Shown: positions 20,187 to 30,529 of the stretch, piece after piece | Layout: each line of letters begins with the position of its first letter | Position numbering within the stretch: the first letter of the stretch is position 1 | Source of the DNA: Acholeplasmataceae bacterium | GTDB taxonomy: Bacteria > Bacillota_I > Bacilli_A > Acholeplasmatales > Acholeplasmataceae | Assembly: GCA_963675245.1 (NCBI GenBank) | Contig: OY775910.1 | Location: 992,001-1,056,000, forward strand | Reading direction: 5' to 3' | DNA: 64,000 nucleotides | The notes under the pieces: model-generated | The model's input: the letters and a program-made list of their open reading frames with translations, nothing else | Told to the model about the DNA's origin: nothing | Databases searched by the model: none | Made by a program: the position numbers and the translations under genes

Positions 20187-22125
20187 TAAACATATAGATA
20201 AAAATAAATTTGAATATGTAAAAGTCGATCAAAAGATTTTCGATACTAAATTCGAAGGCAAACCACGTTCGTTTTTGAGCGACGCTATGGTCCGTTTTGG
20301 TAAAAACAAGTTAAATGTTATTGCCACAACAATCGTTGTTATGGTTATCTTCTTATCCATTTTTGTACCAATTTTGACACCGAAGGATTATTTATCAGCT
20401 AATCTCGCTAACACTAAATTTTTACCACCAAGAGTTCCATTACTTGAAAATATGGGTATCCTTGACGGTACGATTAACGTTGTTAATTACGAGGCTGACT
20501 TAGAAAATTACATGCTCATAGATGAAACATTGGGTGATGTAGATGGTAATCGTTTGTATTTTCCAAAGAGTGACCAATACAACCCATTTTCTAATGAGTT
20601 TGTCAAATTAGATACACTCACTAATCTTCAGATTATTGGTGGTAATAAATCACCATCTTATGTTGGTGGGACCAATGATATTCTTTTAAGAAATCAAACG
20701 ACACATATGATTGGTTATATAGAAAACGCAGTTTATCTAAATTCTACGTTGACTTTTGATATTAATTCCATATCAGAAGGTAGTTATCTTGAAGTTATGG
20801 TTAGACCAAACAATATTGAAGAACTATTACCAGATGGTGTGACAATTACAGATTTAGAAAGCATGGATTATTATGTTTCTCTTGGTACAATCGACACTGC
20901 TGGTGTACATGAAATCACAAGCAATTTCGCTGTACAAGGCGCTTTGATGCTTGTCTATAGAGGAGAAGAAACTGGTAAAACACTTTCTATTAACTCTATT
21001 GGTGCTGAGCTATCTATTGGTGAAAGTTATTATTTTGAAGGGTATGAATTATCAGAATGGCCTTCAATTACAATGGAAACTTTTGGTGGTTCATGGATTA
21101 GAAGTAATGCAATTTACACAGTTACTTCATTTACTTATTATAAGTATAATGATATTTTTGCTGATCGTGAATCAACTATGGCAAACGAAGATTATGATGC
21201 TTTGTTAGCAGCAAATCCAGGTATGGCTGAATCAATCGTATACAACAATCCAGATAACCCTCTTGAAGGCTGGACTTTTGGCGAAGGATATCCGCTTGTT
21301 GCAGTTGTTTCTCAATCAACTCCACAGGTAGGACCTGATGGTGTCGAATATTTCTCATATCGTGTACTTAACAACGGTCTTATTTCTGCTGGTTTTGATC
21401 AATTACCATATTTTATCTTTGGTACAGATGGTAAAGGTAGAGACTTGTTTGCAGAAGTATGGTTATCACTTCGTACATCATTATTATTAGGTATTATTGT
21501 TTCCGTGATTAACATCATTATTGGTGTTATATGGGGATCTATTTCTGGCTACTATGGTGGTTGGATTGATTTCGGTATGGAAAGATTTGTCGAAGTACTT
21601 GCGTCATTCCCTGGTCTGACCGTTCTGGCCATACTGTATTTAGAATTTGGTGGCGGGTTCGCATTACTCCTTATTTATCTCACCTATTCTGGTTGGATAG
21701 GCGTCGCTAGGTTGACGCGTGTTCAGTTCTACAGGTATCGTGGACGAGAATATGTATTAGCATCTAGAACATTAGGTGCTGGTAATGCTAGACTTATTTT
21801 CAAACATATCCTACCAAATGGTATTGGCTATATTATTACATCAGTTGTCTTATCAGTACCAGCAATGATTCTAACAGAAGCATCACTATCATATCTTGGA
21901 TATGGTCTTGGTGAAGGTGCTGTATTAGACTTTGGTATATTCCAATTAAGTGGGTTATCATTAGGTATTATCCTTTATAATGGTCAATTAAATATGACCG
22001 CTCCTGGTCGATTCTACTTAGTTTTAATTCCAGCTATTATAATCATTATCATCATGATCGCATTTAACCTATTTGGTAATGCATTACGTGATGCAATGAA
22101 TCCATCATTAAGGGGGCAAGAATAA
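20179..22125 (+). CDS. oppC: Oligopeptide ABC permease with large extracytoplasmic insertion
   Basis: FGTDGKGRDLF, EYVLASRTLGA...KHILPN, GNALRDAMNP. Confidence 0.9.
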   Translation: MDNKHIDKNKFEYVKVDQKIFDTKFEGKPRSFLSDAMVRFGKNKLNVIATTIVVMVIFLSIFVPILTPKDYLSANLANTKFLPPRVPLLENMGILDGTINVVNYEADLENYMLIDETLGDVDGNRLYFPKSDQYNPFSNEFVKLDTLTNLQIIGGNKSPSYVGGTNDILLRNQTTHMIGYIENAVYLNSTLTFDINSISEGSYLEVMVRPNNIEELLPDGVTITDLESMDYYVSLGTIDTAGVHEITSNFAVQGALMLVYRGEETGKTLSINSIGAELSIGESYYFEGYELSEWPSITMETFGGSWIRSNAIYTVTSFTYYKYNDIFADRESTMANEDYDALLAANPGMAESIVYNNPDNPLEGWTFGEGYPLVAVVSQSTPQVGPDGVEYFSYRVLNNGLISAGFDQLPYFIFGTDGKGRDLFAEVWLSLRTSLLLGIIVSVINIIIGVIWGSISGYYGGWIDFGMERFVEVLASFPGLTVLAILYLEFGGGFALLLIYLTYSGWIGVARLTRVQFYRYRGREYVLASRTLGAGNARLIFKHILPNGIGYIITSVVLSVPAMILTEASLSYLGYGLGEGAVLDFGIFQLSGLSLGIILYNGQLNMTAPGRFYLVLIPAIIIIIIMIAFNLFGNALRDAMNPSLRGQE

Positions 22126-23528
22126 TGAATAAAGAAAAAGTTATTCAAGTAAAAGATCTTGCCGTATCTTTTAGAACTAATCAAGGGCTTGTACATGCTG
22201 TTAGAGGTGTATCATTTGAGCTCTATAAAGGCGAAACATTAGCAATCGTTGGTGAATCTGGTAGTGGTAAATCAGTATCTTCTCGTTCTATTATGGGTAT
22301 TTTGGCTGGTAATGCGATTGTTGAAGGTGGCACGATCATTTATAAAAACCAAGATTTATTAAAGATTGAAGAAGAAGATTTCCACAAAATTCGTGGTAAT
22401 CAAATTGGTATGATCTTCCAGGATCCAACATCATCACTTAATCCAATTATGCGTGTCGGACATCAAATCACAGAAGCGATGATCTTAAACGGTAAACATA
22501 AGAAGAATAAACAAAAAGATCTTTATCATGATGCTGAAGTTTCATTGATTAATGCGAATGTCAAATATCGAGATATTCTGGATAATGAAAACCTGGATAG
22601 ACTAGAAAAAAATAATCTTTTAAAACAACAAAAAGCTGTCATTAAAGAAGCTAAAAAAGCGTTAAAGATTAGTAAAAAAGAAGCGAAAGCTAAAATTGAA
22701 GAAGAGTATGTTGCTTATAAAGAAAAATACAAAAATGATCGCAGAGAACTTATTAAGAACCATTCTTCAGGCTCAAAAGAAAACTTATTAAAAGAACTTG
22801 CAGATTTAAAAGATCAATATGAAAGAAAAATAAGAGTCACTAAAAGAGAAGCACGTGAAGAAGCTTACAAGATTATGACTGAGGTTGGTATTCCTGAACC
22901 TGAAAAACGGTTCAATATGTATCCTTTCCAATTTTCTGGTGGTATGAAACAAAGAATCGTTATCGCGATTGCGTTAATGGCTAAACCAGAAATTCTAATT
23001 TGTGATGAACCAACAACTGCACTTGACGTGACTATTCAAGAACAAATTCTTAAATTGATTAAACGCATTAAACGCGACAGAAACTTAAGTGTTATTTTCA
23101 TTACGCATAATCTAGGTGTTGTTGCGAATGTAGCAGACCGTGTGGCAGTGATGTATGCTGGTAAAATCGTTGAGTATGGCACATTGGATGATATCTTCTA
23201 TGATCCAAGACACCCATATACATGGGCACTCATGAGTTCTATGCCAGATATTAACAGTAAAGAAAAGCTCCAGACGATTTCTGGAACGCCACCAAACATG
23301 CTTTATCCACCTGTGGGTGATGCATTTGCTCAGAGAAATCCATATGCTATGCATATTGACTTTGAAGAACAACCACCGGTATTCCAAATCTCTGATTCAC
23401 ACTTTGCAGCAACTTGGCTGCTTCATCCAGATGCACCTAAAACAGAATTGCCTCAAACAATCAAAGATCGTATTCTTGCGATGAAGGAAGAGGTCAAAAA
23501 GCTAGGAGGTAAAGACAATGCAAGATGA
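22125..23528 (+). CDS. oppD: Oligopeptide ABC ATPase
   Basis: GESGSGKS, FSGGMKQR, DEPTTALD; Lys/Glu-rich insert. Confidence 0.92.
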   Translation: MNKEKVIQVKDLAVSFRTNQGLVHAVRGVSFELYKGETLAIVGESGSGKSVSSRSIMGILAGNAIVEGGTIIYKNQDLLKIEEEDFHKIRGNQIGMIFQDPTSSLNPIMRVGHQITEAMILNGKHKKNKQKDLYHDAEVSLINANVKYRDILDNENLDRLEKNNLLKQQKAVIKEAKKALKISKKEAKAKIEEEYVAYKEKYKNDRRELIKNHSSGSKENLLKELADLKDQYERKIRVTKREAREEAYKIMTEVGIPEPEKRFNMYPFQFSGGMKQRIVIAIALMAKPEILICDEPTTALDVTIQEQILKLIKRIKRDRNLSVIFITHNLGVVANVADRVAVMYAGKIVEYGTLDDIFYDPRHPYTWALMSSMPDINSKEKLQTISGTPPNMLYPPVGDAFAQRNPYAMHIDFEEQPPVFQISDSHFAATWLLHPDAPKTELPQTIKDRILAMKEEVKKLGGKDNAR

Positions 23529-24930
23529 CATCATTTTAAAGGTCGAGAACCTCAAACAGCATTTTAAAACTGGACATGGTAAATATAAGATTTACAATAA
23601 AGCAGTCGACGGTGTTTCGTTTGAAATTAAAAAAGGTGAAGTATTCAGTTTAGTTGGTGAATCCGGTTGTGGCAAAACGACGACTGGACGTACGATTATT
23701 AAGATTTATAAACCAACTGATGGCTCTGTTCATTTATTAGGTGAACGAATTGTAGCTGGTACTTTAGGTTACAAACAAGAAATTAATAAAATTAAAGCTG
23801 AAGTAAAACAAAAAGTAGCTGCATTAAAAGCATCTCATGTTGCAGATGCAAGCGAACAAATTAAAGCTTTAAACGATGAGAAAAAAGAAAAAATCAAAGC
23901 TTTAAAAGTTGAAATTAAGCAAGCTAAAATTGACCAAAAAGCGAAGTACAAACCAGATCCTGTCGAATATGCAAATGTAAAAGCAAAAGCACAAAGAGAA
24001 GTTGCTAAATTACGTCAACAAATCGTAGAAGCAAATAAAGAGTTTGCTCTATTTAAAGCAACCGCCTTCAAAGAAAGTGATAGCTTACCAGCTGGCACGC
24101 CTAAAGAAGAACGTGATGAAGTTCATGCAAAAGAACTTGCTGAATATCGCAAGCGTCGTGCTGATAAACAAGCATTGGTTAATAAGCTTTCAGATGAAGC
24201 TGTAAAAACATCTTTATCACCTAAATTCTTTAATCGTCCACTTCTTAATAAGATGCAGATGATTTTCCAAGATCCAATTGATTCATTGGATCCAAGAATG
24301 AGCGTTAAAGACATTATTGCAGAAAGCTTGTATATTAACGGTATCAAGAACGATAAGGTCGTTTTAGACCGTGTATACGATGTTCTAAAGCTTGTTGGGT
24401 TGCAACCAGACCACGCAGACCACTATCCTCATGAATTTTCTGGTGGACAACGTCAACGTATTGGTATTGCGCGTGCAATTATCTCTGAACCACAACTTAT
24501 TATCGCTGATGAACCTATTTCTGCTTTGGACGTATCCATTCAAGCACAGGTTATCAACTTATTAAATGAATTACGTATTAAATTAGGATTAACACTACTA
24601 TTTATCGCGCATGACCTTTCAGTTGTTAAATTCTTAAGTGATCGTATTGGTATTATGTATTTCGGTCATATCGTTGAAATGGGTGATAAGGATAAAGTCT
24701 TTAACAATCCATTACATCCATATACGCTATCTCTGATTTCATCTATTCCGATGCCTGACCCTAACTATGAAAGATTGCGTCAAGATACAGGTAGATATGA
24801 TCCACGTGTCCATGATTATTCTGTTCAAGGACCTACGATGCGCGAAATTGAACCAGATCACTTTGTACTAGCAAACGATGAAGAGTTCGAAAAGTATCAA
24901 AAAATTATCGCAGGTAACAAAAAGAAATAA
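23518..24930 (+). CDS. oppF: Oligopeptide ABC ATPase
   Basis: GESGCGKT, FSGGQRQR, DEPISALD; coiled-coil insert. Confidence 0.92.
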   Translation: MQDDIILKVENLKQHFKTGHGKYKIYNKAVDGVSFEIKKGEVFSLVGESGCGKTTTGRTIIKIYKPTDGSVHLLGERIVAGTLGYKQEINKIKAEVKQKVAALKASHVADASEQIKALNDEKKEKIKALKVEIKQAKIDQKAKYKPDPVEYANVKAKAQREVAKLRQQIVEANKEFALFKATAFKESDSLPAGTPKEERDEVHAKELAEYRKRRADKQALVNKLSDEAVKTSLSPKFFNRPLLNKMQMIFQDPIDSLDPRMSVKDIIAESLYINGIKNDKVVLDRVYDVLKLVGLQPDHADHYPHEFSGGQRQRIGIARAIISEPQLIIADEPISALDVSIQAQVINLLNELRIKLGLTLLFIAHDLSVVKFLSDRIGIMYFGHIVEMGDKDKVFNNPLHPYTLSLISSIPMPDPNYERLRQDTGRYDPRVHDYSVQGPTMREIEPDHFVLANDEEFEKYQKIIAGNKKK

Positions 24931-25355
24931 TGAATGATCAAGAACAACACGTATCAAATAAATTAACCAATAAGCAAATAGCCATTAGAGCAGCCATTAG
25001 TTTTGCTGCTTTAGGCCTTATTTCACTCATAGTCCTGTGGTCTGTCTATGACTTTGAATGGTCACTTGATACGGTTAGTAATAGTGTGTTTATCGTTAAT
25101 GTACCAGTATTTTTAGTTGCTGTGGTCATGCAAACTGGTGCAACTAGAGTGACGATTGGAATGACGTATGCAACACGTATGTTCTTCACGTATCGCAAGA
25201 TGAAAGAAGAGTATGATGGTTATGGTGAATATTATGATGAAAAATCACCTGGTCATACGAAAAATATGGTTTATATCATGATTGCAGCTGGATTATGGAT
25301 TGCTATTGCATTTATCTTGTCTGCTCAGTATTTAGCTGATACACCTAACTTTTAA
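24930..25355 (+). CDS. Membrane protein, DUF3899-like
   Basis: 3 TM helices; coupled to oppF, a typical context for this family. Confidence 0.6.
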   Translation: MNDQEQHVSNKLTNKQIAIRAAISFAALGLISLIVLWSVYDFEWSLDTVSNSVFIVNVPVFLVAVVMQTGATRVTIGMTYATRMFFTYRKMKEEYDGYGEYYDEKSPGHTKNMVYIMIAAGLWIAIAFILSAQYLADTPNF

Positions 25356-25382
25356 TAAAAAAAGGAGCAAGAGATTTTCATC

Positions 25383-26150
25383 TCAAGCTCTTTTTTTATG
25401 CTTTTGTTTAGTGGGTTTTTCGAGTTTTGGATTACCGGTTAACTCGAAGATCAGATCAACTGCTTCTTGATAGTTCCTATTCGGTACATATTGTTTACTA
25501 TAAAGGAAATAAGCAAGATGGTCTGACAAACAAAGCCCAACATTAATTTGTGTGAACGTTTGTCTAGAAATCGTGTAAGATACAACTTCGCCGATTGCTT
25601 TCAAATCATCTTCTGTCATATCTTGATATTCCTTGAACGCGACAATCGCATATTTATTAGGAATTTCCTTTTTACTAAAAATGGTTTGTAATTTGGCGAT
25701 ATCATCATGAAGTCGCTTATCGAAAAAATCCAACGTTGATGTCGTAATAATAATGACAATCTTTAAATGATATCTTTTTCTGACGTTAGGCGTCTTATCT
25801 TGATAGTGATTATAGTATAAACGATAATTGCTTGTTGCAGTATAGAGGGTGTACTCTTTATTAAGAGGAGCTGGTTCTCTGACGATATTCTTTGTAAAAT
25901 GAATAGGGTCAGACTGCTTTCTCACAACCATCGCGATTCTCACTAGGTTATTATAACCAAGTAACGTAGATCTAAACGCCAATGTGACTAAAGCAAAGAT
26001 AAACACCAATATAATATTAATAAGTGACATGGTGTTATAATCTTCAATGTTTCTAAAAACGAGAATGATAGCAGTTGAGAATATCGCAACCACAATCAGA
26101 AAAAATATTAAGACAATGTTTCTTTTTTTAATAATTTGATTTGAATTCAA
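25383..26150 (-). CDS. Hypothetical membrane protein
   Basis: 255 aa, two N-terminal TM, TTG start with GAAAGG RBS. Confidence 0.7.
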   Translation of the reverse strand: MNSNQIIKKRNIVLIFFLIVVAIFSTAIILVFRNIEDYNTMSLINIILVFIFALVTLAFRSTLLGYNNLVRIAMVVRKQSDPIHFTKNIVREPAPLNKEYTLYTATSNYRLYYNHYQDKTPNVRKRYHLKIVIIITTSTLDFFDKRLHDDIAKLQTIFSKKEIPNKYAIVAFKEYQDMTEDDLKAIGEVVSYTISRQTFTQINVGLCLSDHLAYFLYSKQYVPNRNYQEAVDLIFELTGNPKLEKPTKQKHKKRA

Positions 26151-26170
26151 AATAATCTAACCTTTCAAAG

Positions 26171-28477
26171 TTAGTCTCCGTTTAACACACCAGCTAATGT
26201 GTCATTGTCAAATAAATCGGAAACTAGAATTTCGTGATCAGGAGCTACACCGAATTCATTGACTGTGTATGTACCATCTGATTCGCGTAATGCGTTTAAG
26301 CTGTTACTACTCATCGTGAAGAATGTGCCATCTGGCAATAGAATTGGTGTAATAGAAGCAGCACCGCCACCTGTTGTACGACCTATTATAACACCTAACT
26401 CGTTTTGTTTAAAGATAGTGACGAGTTCATTAGCAGCAGAATAAGTAACTCTACTTGTAAGTAAGAACCAATTAAACTCTGTATAAGAGTCATAACTTGT
26501 AGTGATATATGTTGTTGAATAGTAGTCTGTATCACGATCGTAACCAGATACAGCAAATGGTTGATCAGTAATGAGACCTACAATACGATATAAAGCACCA
26601 ACATTACCACCACCATTAAATGTGAGGTCTAAACCAACGTTTGTAACGCTAGCATGATTTTGTTTGATTTCAAGTAACATTGTTTCCAAATATACTGCTG
26701 AATCAGAATCAATTAATCCACGAATATCGCCTTTGATTTTCCATGCCGCATCATATGTAGAAGGAAGAGTTGTTGTTAAACCAATATAAGCTGTATTATA
26801 TGTGGCATTATACGAGATAGAAACCATATAATCTATGTCATTTATAGTCTTAGTAAAATAACCGTTTTTGTGGTAATCAGTTGGTGTATCTTGATATACA
26901 TATGTCCAATCATCATTAATTAAAGAAATGGTATAAGTTGAAACAAATGTGTTTGTTAAGCCCCAAATAAGTGTTTCGGAAGCATCATCTTTATCATCTG
27001 ATTGATTGTAAACAAAATAACGCGAACCGTTATCGACAACAGGCAAAATATTAGTTTCATCAAATATAGATTGATAGGCTTCATCACTCCAAGTGAGTGT
27101 TTCTTCAATGTCTGATGTGACGAATCCATCAAACGAAATGACAGCTGAACTATCATCAATTAACCAATAATCAGGGCGACTCGAATGGGAATAAGACCAA
27201 CTTGTATATGAATCTGGTACGTTCCATTTGTCAGCGATTGCTTCATCAACTGCTAAGTAACCTTCTCTATAAAAATCATTAAAGCGTTCACCATAATTTG
27301 CAAGTGCATTCGTCGGTGGGTTATATGAAGTAGATGCATAATATCCTGAGAAACCATAAGATGTATGTGGATCATCTATGACTTTTAATAAGACATCAGC
27401 AATTGCTTGTGAAACGACTTCATAATCACTTGAAAGAAGATCTAATCGATAATCAACTAATACATCATAATATGAATCAACTTCAGCGATATCTTTTAAA
27501 CCATAGAAGTAATCTAGGTCAAAAGCGAACATATCATAACTGTGTTGCAACACATCTGATGGTGGAGTGGTTGAATTTAAGGAAGAACGACGGATCTTCA
27601 TGTAATCGAGTGATCCTGCTGAAATAGTACCATAAATACCACTTAAATCTTCACCATTGAAATAAACATTGTAATAACTTGATCCTGCAAATAATTGGTT
27701 AACAAGGTAGAATGGTGCGACCACACCACCATCGTAATAAGCTAAATCAAGATTATAGAGGTTTAAGTTATAAATAACATCCTCTTCTCCACCGATTTCT
27801 TCATTGTTTTCATCATCGTATAAATATTCAATATTTCTACCATAATTTGTTTCTGTTGAATAAATATAAGCCCAATAAAAACCTGGATCATTGGTTGTGA
27901 TAAGGTTCGTTTCTACATCAAATCTATTTTCTAGGTCATAGGTTGTATCTGAATCTTCATCATAATATTGATAAAATAGGGTGATACCTGTCTCATCTTC
28001 AGTAATGGTGAATTCGACTTCAGGATCAATAAATCCAGTGAGTAAATCAAAAAAGTCTGTCAATTTAACATAAGGAACATGTCCGTTTGCTGTGTAATAT
28101 AAATCTACAGATCCATCTTCAACATCAAACTCTGTCGTTAGATTAGTAAAATCATATGTAGTTGATCTTGATAAGACAACATCACTTGTTGACCAAAGTG
28201 CTGTTAATTTGATATCAGCAATCACTGGTGTTGAAAAATCATATGGTACATTGACATTGTCTAAATACCAATAACGAAAAACATAGTTAGATCTTGTCGG
28301 ATCTTCAGGTGCGACAGCTGTTTGGTTCGCTACAACTGATTGAGCGTCAACTGTACTTCCACCCGCAGAAGCATATGTTACTTCAAATGTTGATTCTTCA
28401 GGTTCAACTTCTCCTTGACAAGCAAATAAAGTAAAAGATACTGTGAATAAAAGAATGATTAGTAAATATTTTTTCAT
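26171..28477 (-). CDS. S41-family peptidase lipoprotein with InlB B-repeat domain
   Basis: Lipobox LFAC; PEDPTRSNYVFRYWY...LTALW; DPHT, DLTFNGGG, TYSAANE, IIGRTTGGG, GVAPD. Confidence 0.85.
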   Translation of the reverse strand: MKKYLLIILLFTVSFTLFACQGEVEPEESTFEVTYASAGGSTVDAQSVVANQTAVAPEDPTRSNYVFRYWYLDNVNVPYDFSTPVIADIKLTALWSTSDVVLSRSTTYDFTNLTTEFDVEDGSVDLYYTANGHVPYVKLTDFFDLLTGFIDPEVEFTITEDETGITLFYQYYDEDSDTTYDLENRFDVETNLITTNDPGFYWAYIYSTETNYGRNIEYLYDDENNEEIGGEEDVIYNLNLYNLDLAYYDGGVVAPFYLVNQLFAGSSYYNVYFNGEDLSGIYGTISAGSLDYMKIRRSSLNSTTPPSDVLQHSYDMFAFDLDYFYGLKDIAEVDSYYDVLVDYRLDLLSSDYEVVSQAIADVLLKVIDDPHTSYGFSGYYASTSYNPPTNALANYGERFNDFYREGYLAVDEAIADKWNVPDSYTSWSYSHSSRPDYWLIDDSSAVISFDGFVTSDIEETLTWSDEAYQSIFDETNILPVVDNGSRYFVYNQSDDKDDASETLIWGLTNTFVSTYTISLINDDWTYVYQDTPTDYHKNGYFTKTINDIDYMVSISYNATYNTAYIGLTTTLPSTYDAAWKIKGDIRGLIDSDSAVYLETMLLEIKQNHASVTNVGLDLTFNGGGNVGALYRIVGLITDQPFAVSGYDRDTDYYSTTYITTSYDSYTEFNWFLLTSRVTYSAANELVTIFKQNELGVIIGRTTGGGAASITPILLPDGTFFTMSSNSLNALRESDGTYTVNEFGVAPDHEILVSDLFDNDTLAGVLNGD

Positions 28478-28576
28478 AAAGAGTCCTCCCGGTGTTTTAT
28501 TATGTCAATTATAGCATAATTGATGATAAAAAGTCGTATTAATAAAGCAGACATATAATAGAAAGCGTTTTTTAAT

Positions 28577-28730
28577 AAAAAAAGACCTCAATTAAGAGGT
28601 CGCTTTAAGGGAGTTACCTTGTTTCGTTAGTCTAGGATGGCGTTTAGACCAACATGCGTAAGGTTAACGCTATTGGGAGAAAAATACATAAAAGGTGTAA
28701 TGCGAATGACTAAAAGGTTTCGCGATTACA
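28577..28730 (-). ncRNA. Candidate ~150-nt structured small RNA
   Basis: TATAAT at 28741-28736, three hairpins, two CTCCC motifs, GACCTC/GAGGTC terminator with T7; no ORF. Confidence 0.55.
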
Positions 28731-28886
28731 GAAGTATTATACAATATATTTATGAAAGTTTGTGAAAAGTTACATCACTTTTTCATTGAAAACGTTTCCC
28801 TTGTTTTTCATCCTTTATTTAGTGTTTCAATAGCAATATATAACGTATTATTATATAATAGTTATGGTAATTTTAAGGAGGAAGAC

Positions 28887-29654
28887 ATGGCAAAATTAGC
28901 AATTGAAAACCTTCATGTCGAAATTGAAGGAAAAGAAATATTAAAAGGTGTAAACCTTACGGTGAATTCAGGTGAAGTTCACGCGATTATGGGGCCAAAT
29001 GGTACTGGTAAATCAACGTTAGCAAGCGCACTTATGGGGCACCCTAAATATGAAGTTACAGCAGGTGTAGCAACACTTGATGGTGAAAATCTTCTTGATA
29101 TGGAAGTGGATGAAAGAGCACGTGCAGGCTTATTTTTAGCAATGCAATACCCTGCAGAAGTACCTGGTGTTACAAATAGTGATTTCATGCGTACTGCTGT
29201 TCGTGCGACATCTGGAAAAGATGTCGGATTATTCCAGTTTGCACTGGATTATGAGAAAAAAGTGGAAGAATTAAAGATGCGTCCTGATCTTGCACATCGT
29301 TACTTAAATGAAGGTTTTTCAGGTGGAGAACGTAAGCGTAATGAAATTCTTCAACTTAAAGTTTTAAAACCTAAATTTGCCATTTTAGATGAAATTGACT
29401 CAGGATTAGACGTTGATGCGCTAAAGATTGTAGGTCAAAATGTATCCGATATGGTGAACCCTGATTTTGGTTGTATTTTAATTACACATTATCAACGTAT
29501 TTTGGATCATATTAGTCCAACCAATGTCCATATTATGATTGATGGCAAAATTGTTTTAAGTGGTGGAGAAGAACTCATTAAGAAAATTGATGCTAATGGT
29601 TATGAATGGATAAAAACCGAACTTGGTATTGATTTTGAAGAGAGCGAAGCATAA
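28887..29654 (+). CDS. sufC: Fe-S cluster assembly ATPase
   Basis: GPNGTGKST, NEGFSGGERKR, LDEIDSGLD; AAGGAGG before ATG 28887. Confidence 0.95.
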   Translation: MAKLAIENLHVEIEGKEILKGVNLTVNSGEVHAIMGPNGTGKSTLASALMGHPKYEVTAGVATLDGENLLDMEVDERARAGLFLAMQYPAEVPGVTNSDFMRTAVRATSGKDVGLFQFALDYEKKVEELKMRPDLAHRYLNEGFSGGERKRNEILQLKVLKPKFAILDEIDSGLDVDALKIVGQNVSDMVNPDFGCILITHYQRILDHISPTNVHIMIDGKIVLSGGEELIKKIDANGYEWIKTELGIDFEESEA

Positions 29655-30529
29655 TGGTTGAGCTCATCGTTAAAGATCACCGAATTGAATCTAATCTTCC
29701 TGAAGGATTCACATTTGAAGAGGAAACATTAAATATTCCTGCAAACAAGGTCTATGACGATCCAGTTAAGGTGGTCATTAAAGACGATAATCATGAGGCC
29801 TTAAAAATTGTTGTCGGAAAAGGAACAAATGTCAAAATAATACTTGAAGTAGCTAGCGAACAAGCAGCGAAACATGATTATAATATTGAGCTTATTGCAA
29901 AACAGAATTCACATGTTAAATATTTATTGGTGTGTGAACTTGCAAGCGAAGAAGCACTATTAGCACATTATTTCACAGTTGAAAGAGATGCTTACCTTGA
30001 TTTAGTAGGTGGATTTGTTTCTAATGTGATAGACGCAAAAATGCATGTTGACTTAATTGGTCAAGGTGCGGAAGTGAAGATGCGTGCTATTGCTGTATCT
30101 TCAGATACACATAAACAAAATATTGATGTCTTAATCATTCATAAAGCGCCCTATACGATTGGTCACATGACGAATATCGGGATTGCCAATAAACATGGTA
30201 AAATAATATTAAACGGTGTCGAAAAAATTGAGAAAGGCATGAAACAAGCGAACGCTTTCCAGACTTTAAAAGGTATTATTACTTCTGATAATGCTATTGT
30301 TGAAGTTAATCCAATTTTATTAATTGATGAGTATGATGTTCAAGCTGGACATGGCGCAACCATTGGTAAGATTGAAGAAGAACAACTATACTACTTACAA
30401 AGTAGAGGCTTAACGAAAGCCGAATCTGAAAAATTAATCATAAACGGGTTTTTAACACCGATTATTGATGAAATTGAAGATGAACCGTTAAAGGAAAGAT
30501 TTGTAAACCTTGTGAATTCAAGAATATGA
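29654..30529 (+). CDS. sufD: Fe-S cluster assembly protein
   Basis: PILLIDEYDVQAGHGATIG...LYYLQSRG; operon position. Confidence 0.9.
   Translation: MVELIVKDHRIESNLPEGFTFEEETLNIPANKVYDDPVKVVIKDDNHEALKIVVGKGTNVKIILEVASEQAAKHDYNIELIAKQNSHVKYLLVCELASEEALLAHYFTVERDAYLDLVGGFVSNVIDAKMHVDLIGQGAEVKMRAIAVSSDTHKQNIDVLIIHKAPYTIGHMTNIGIANKHGKIILNGVEKIEKGMKQANAFQTLKGIITSDNAIVEVNPILLIDEYDVQAGHGATIGKIEEEQLYYLQSRGLTKAESEKLIINGFLTPIIDEIEDEPLKERFVNLVNSRI

Noticed and set aside
28577..28730. 6S RNA interpretation of the intergenic RNA
   Set aside because: Folds by eye into separate local hairpins, not one long rod with a central bubble.
28752..28886. N-terminal extension of SufC in the ORF track (likewise amtB, msmX, HPr, rplS, pepF, oppC)
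   Set aside because: Downstream ATGs have proper RBSs and match family N-termini.
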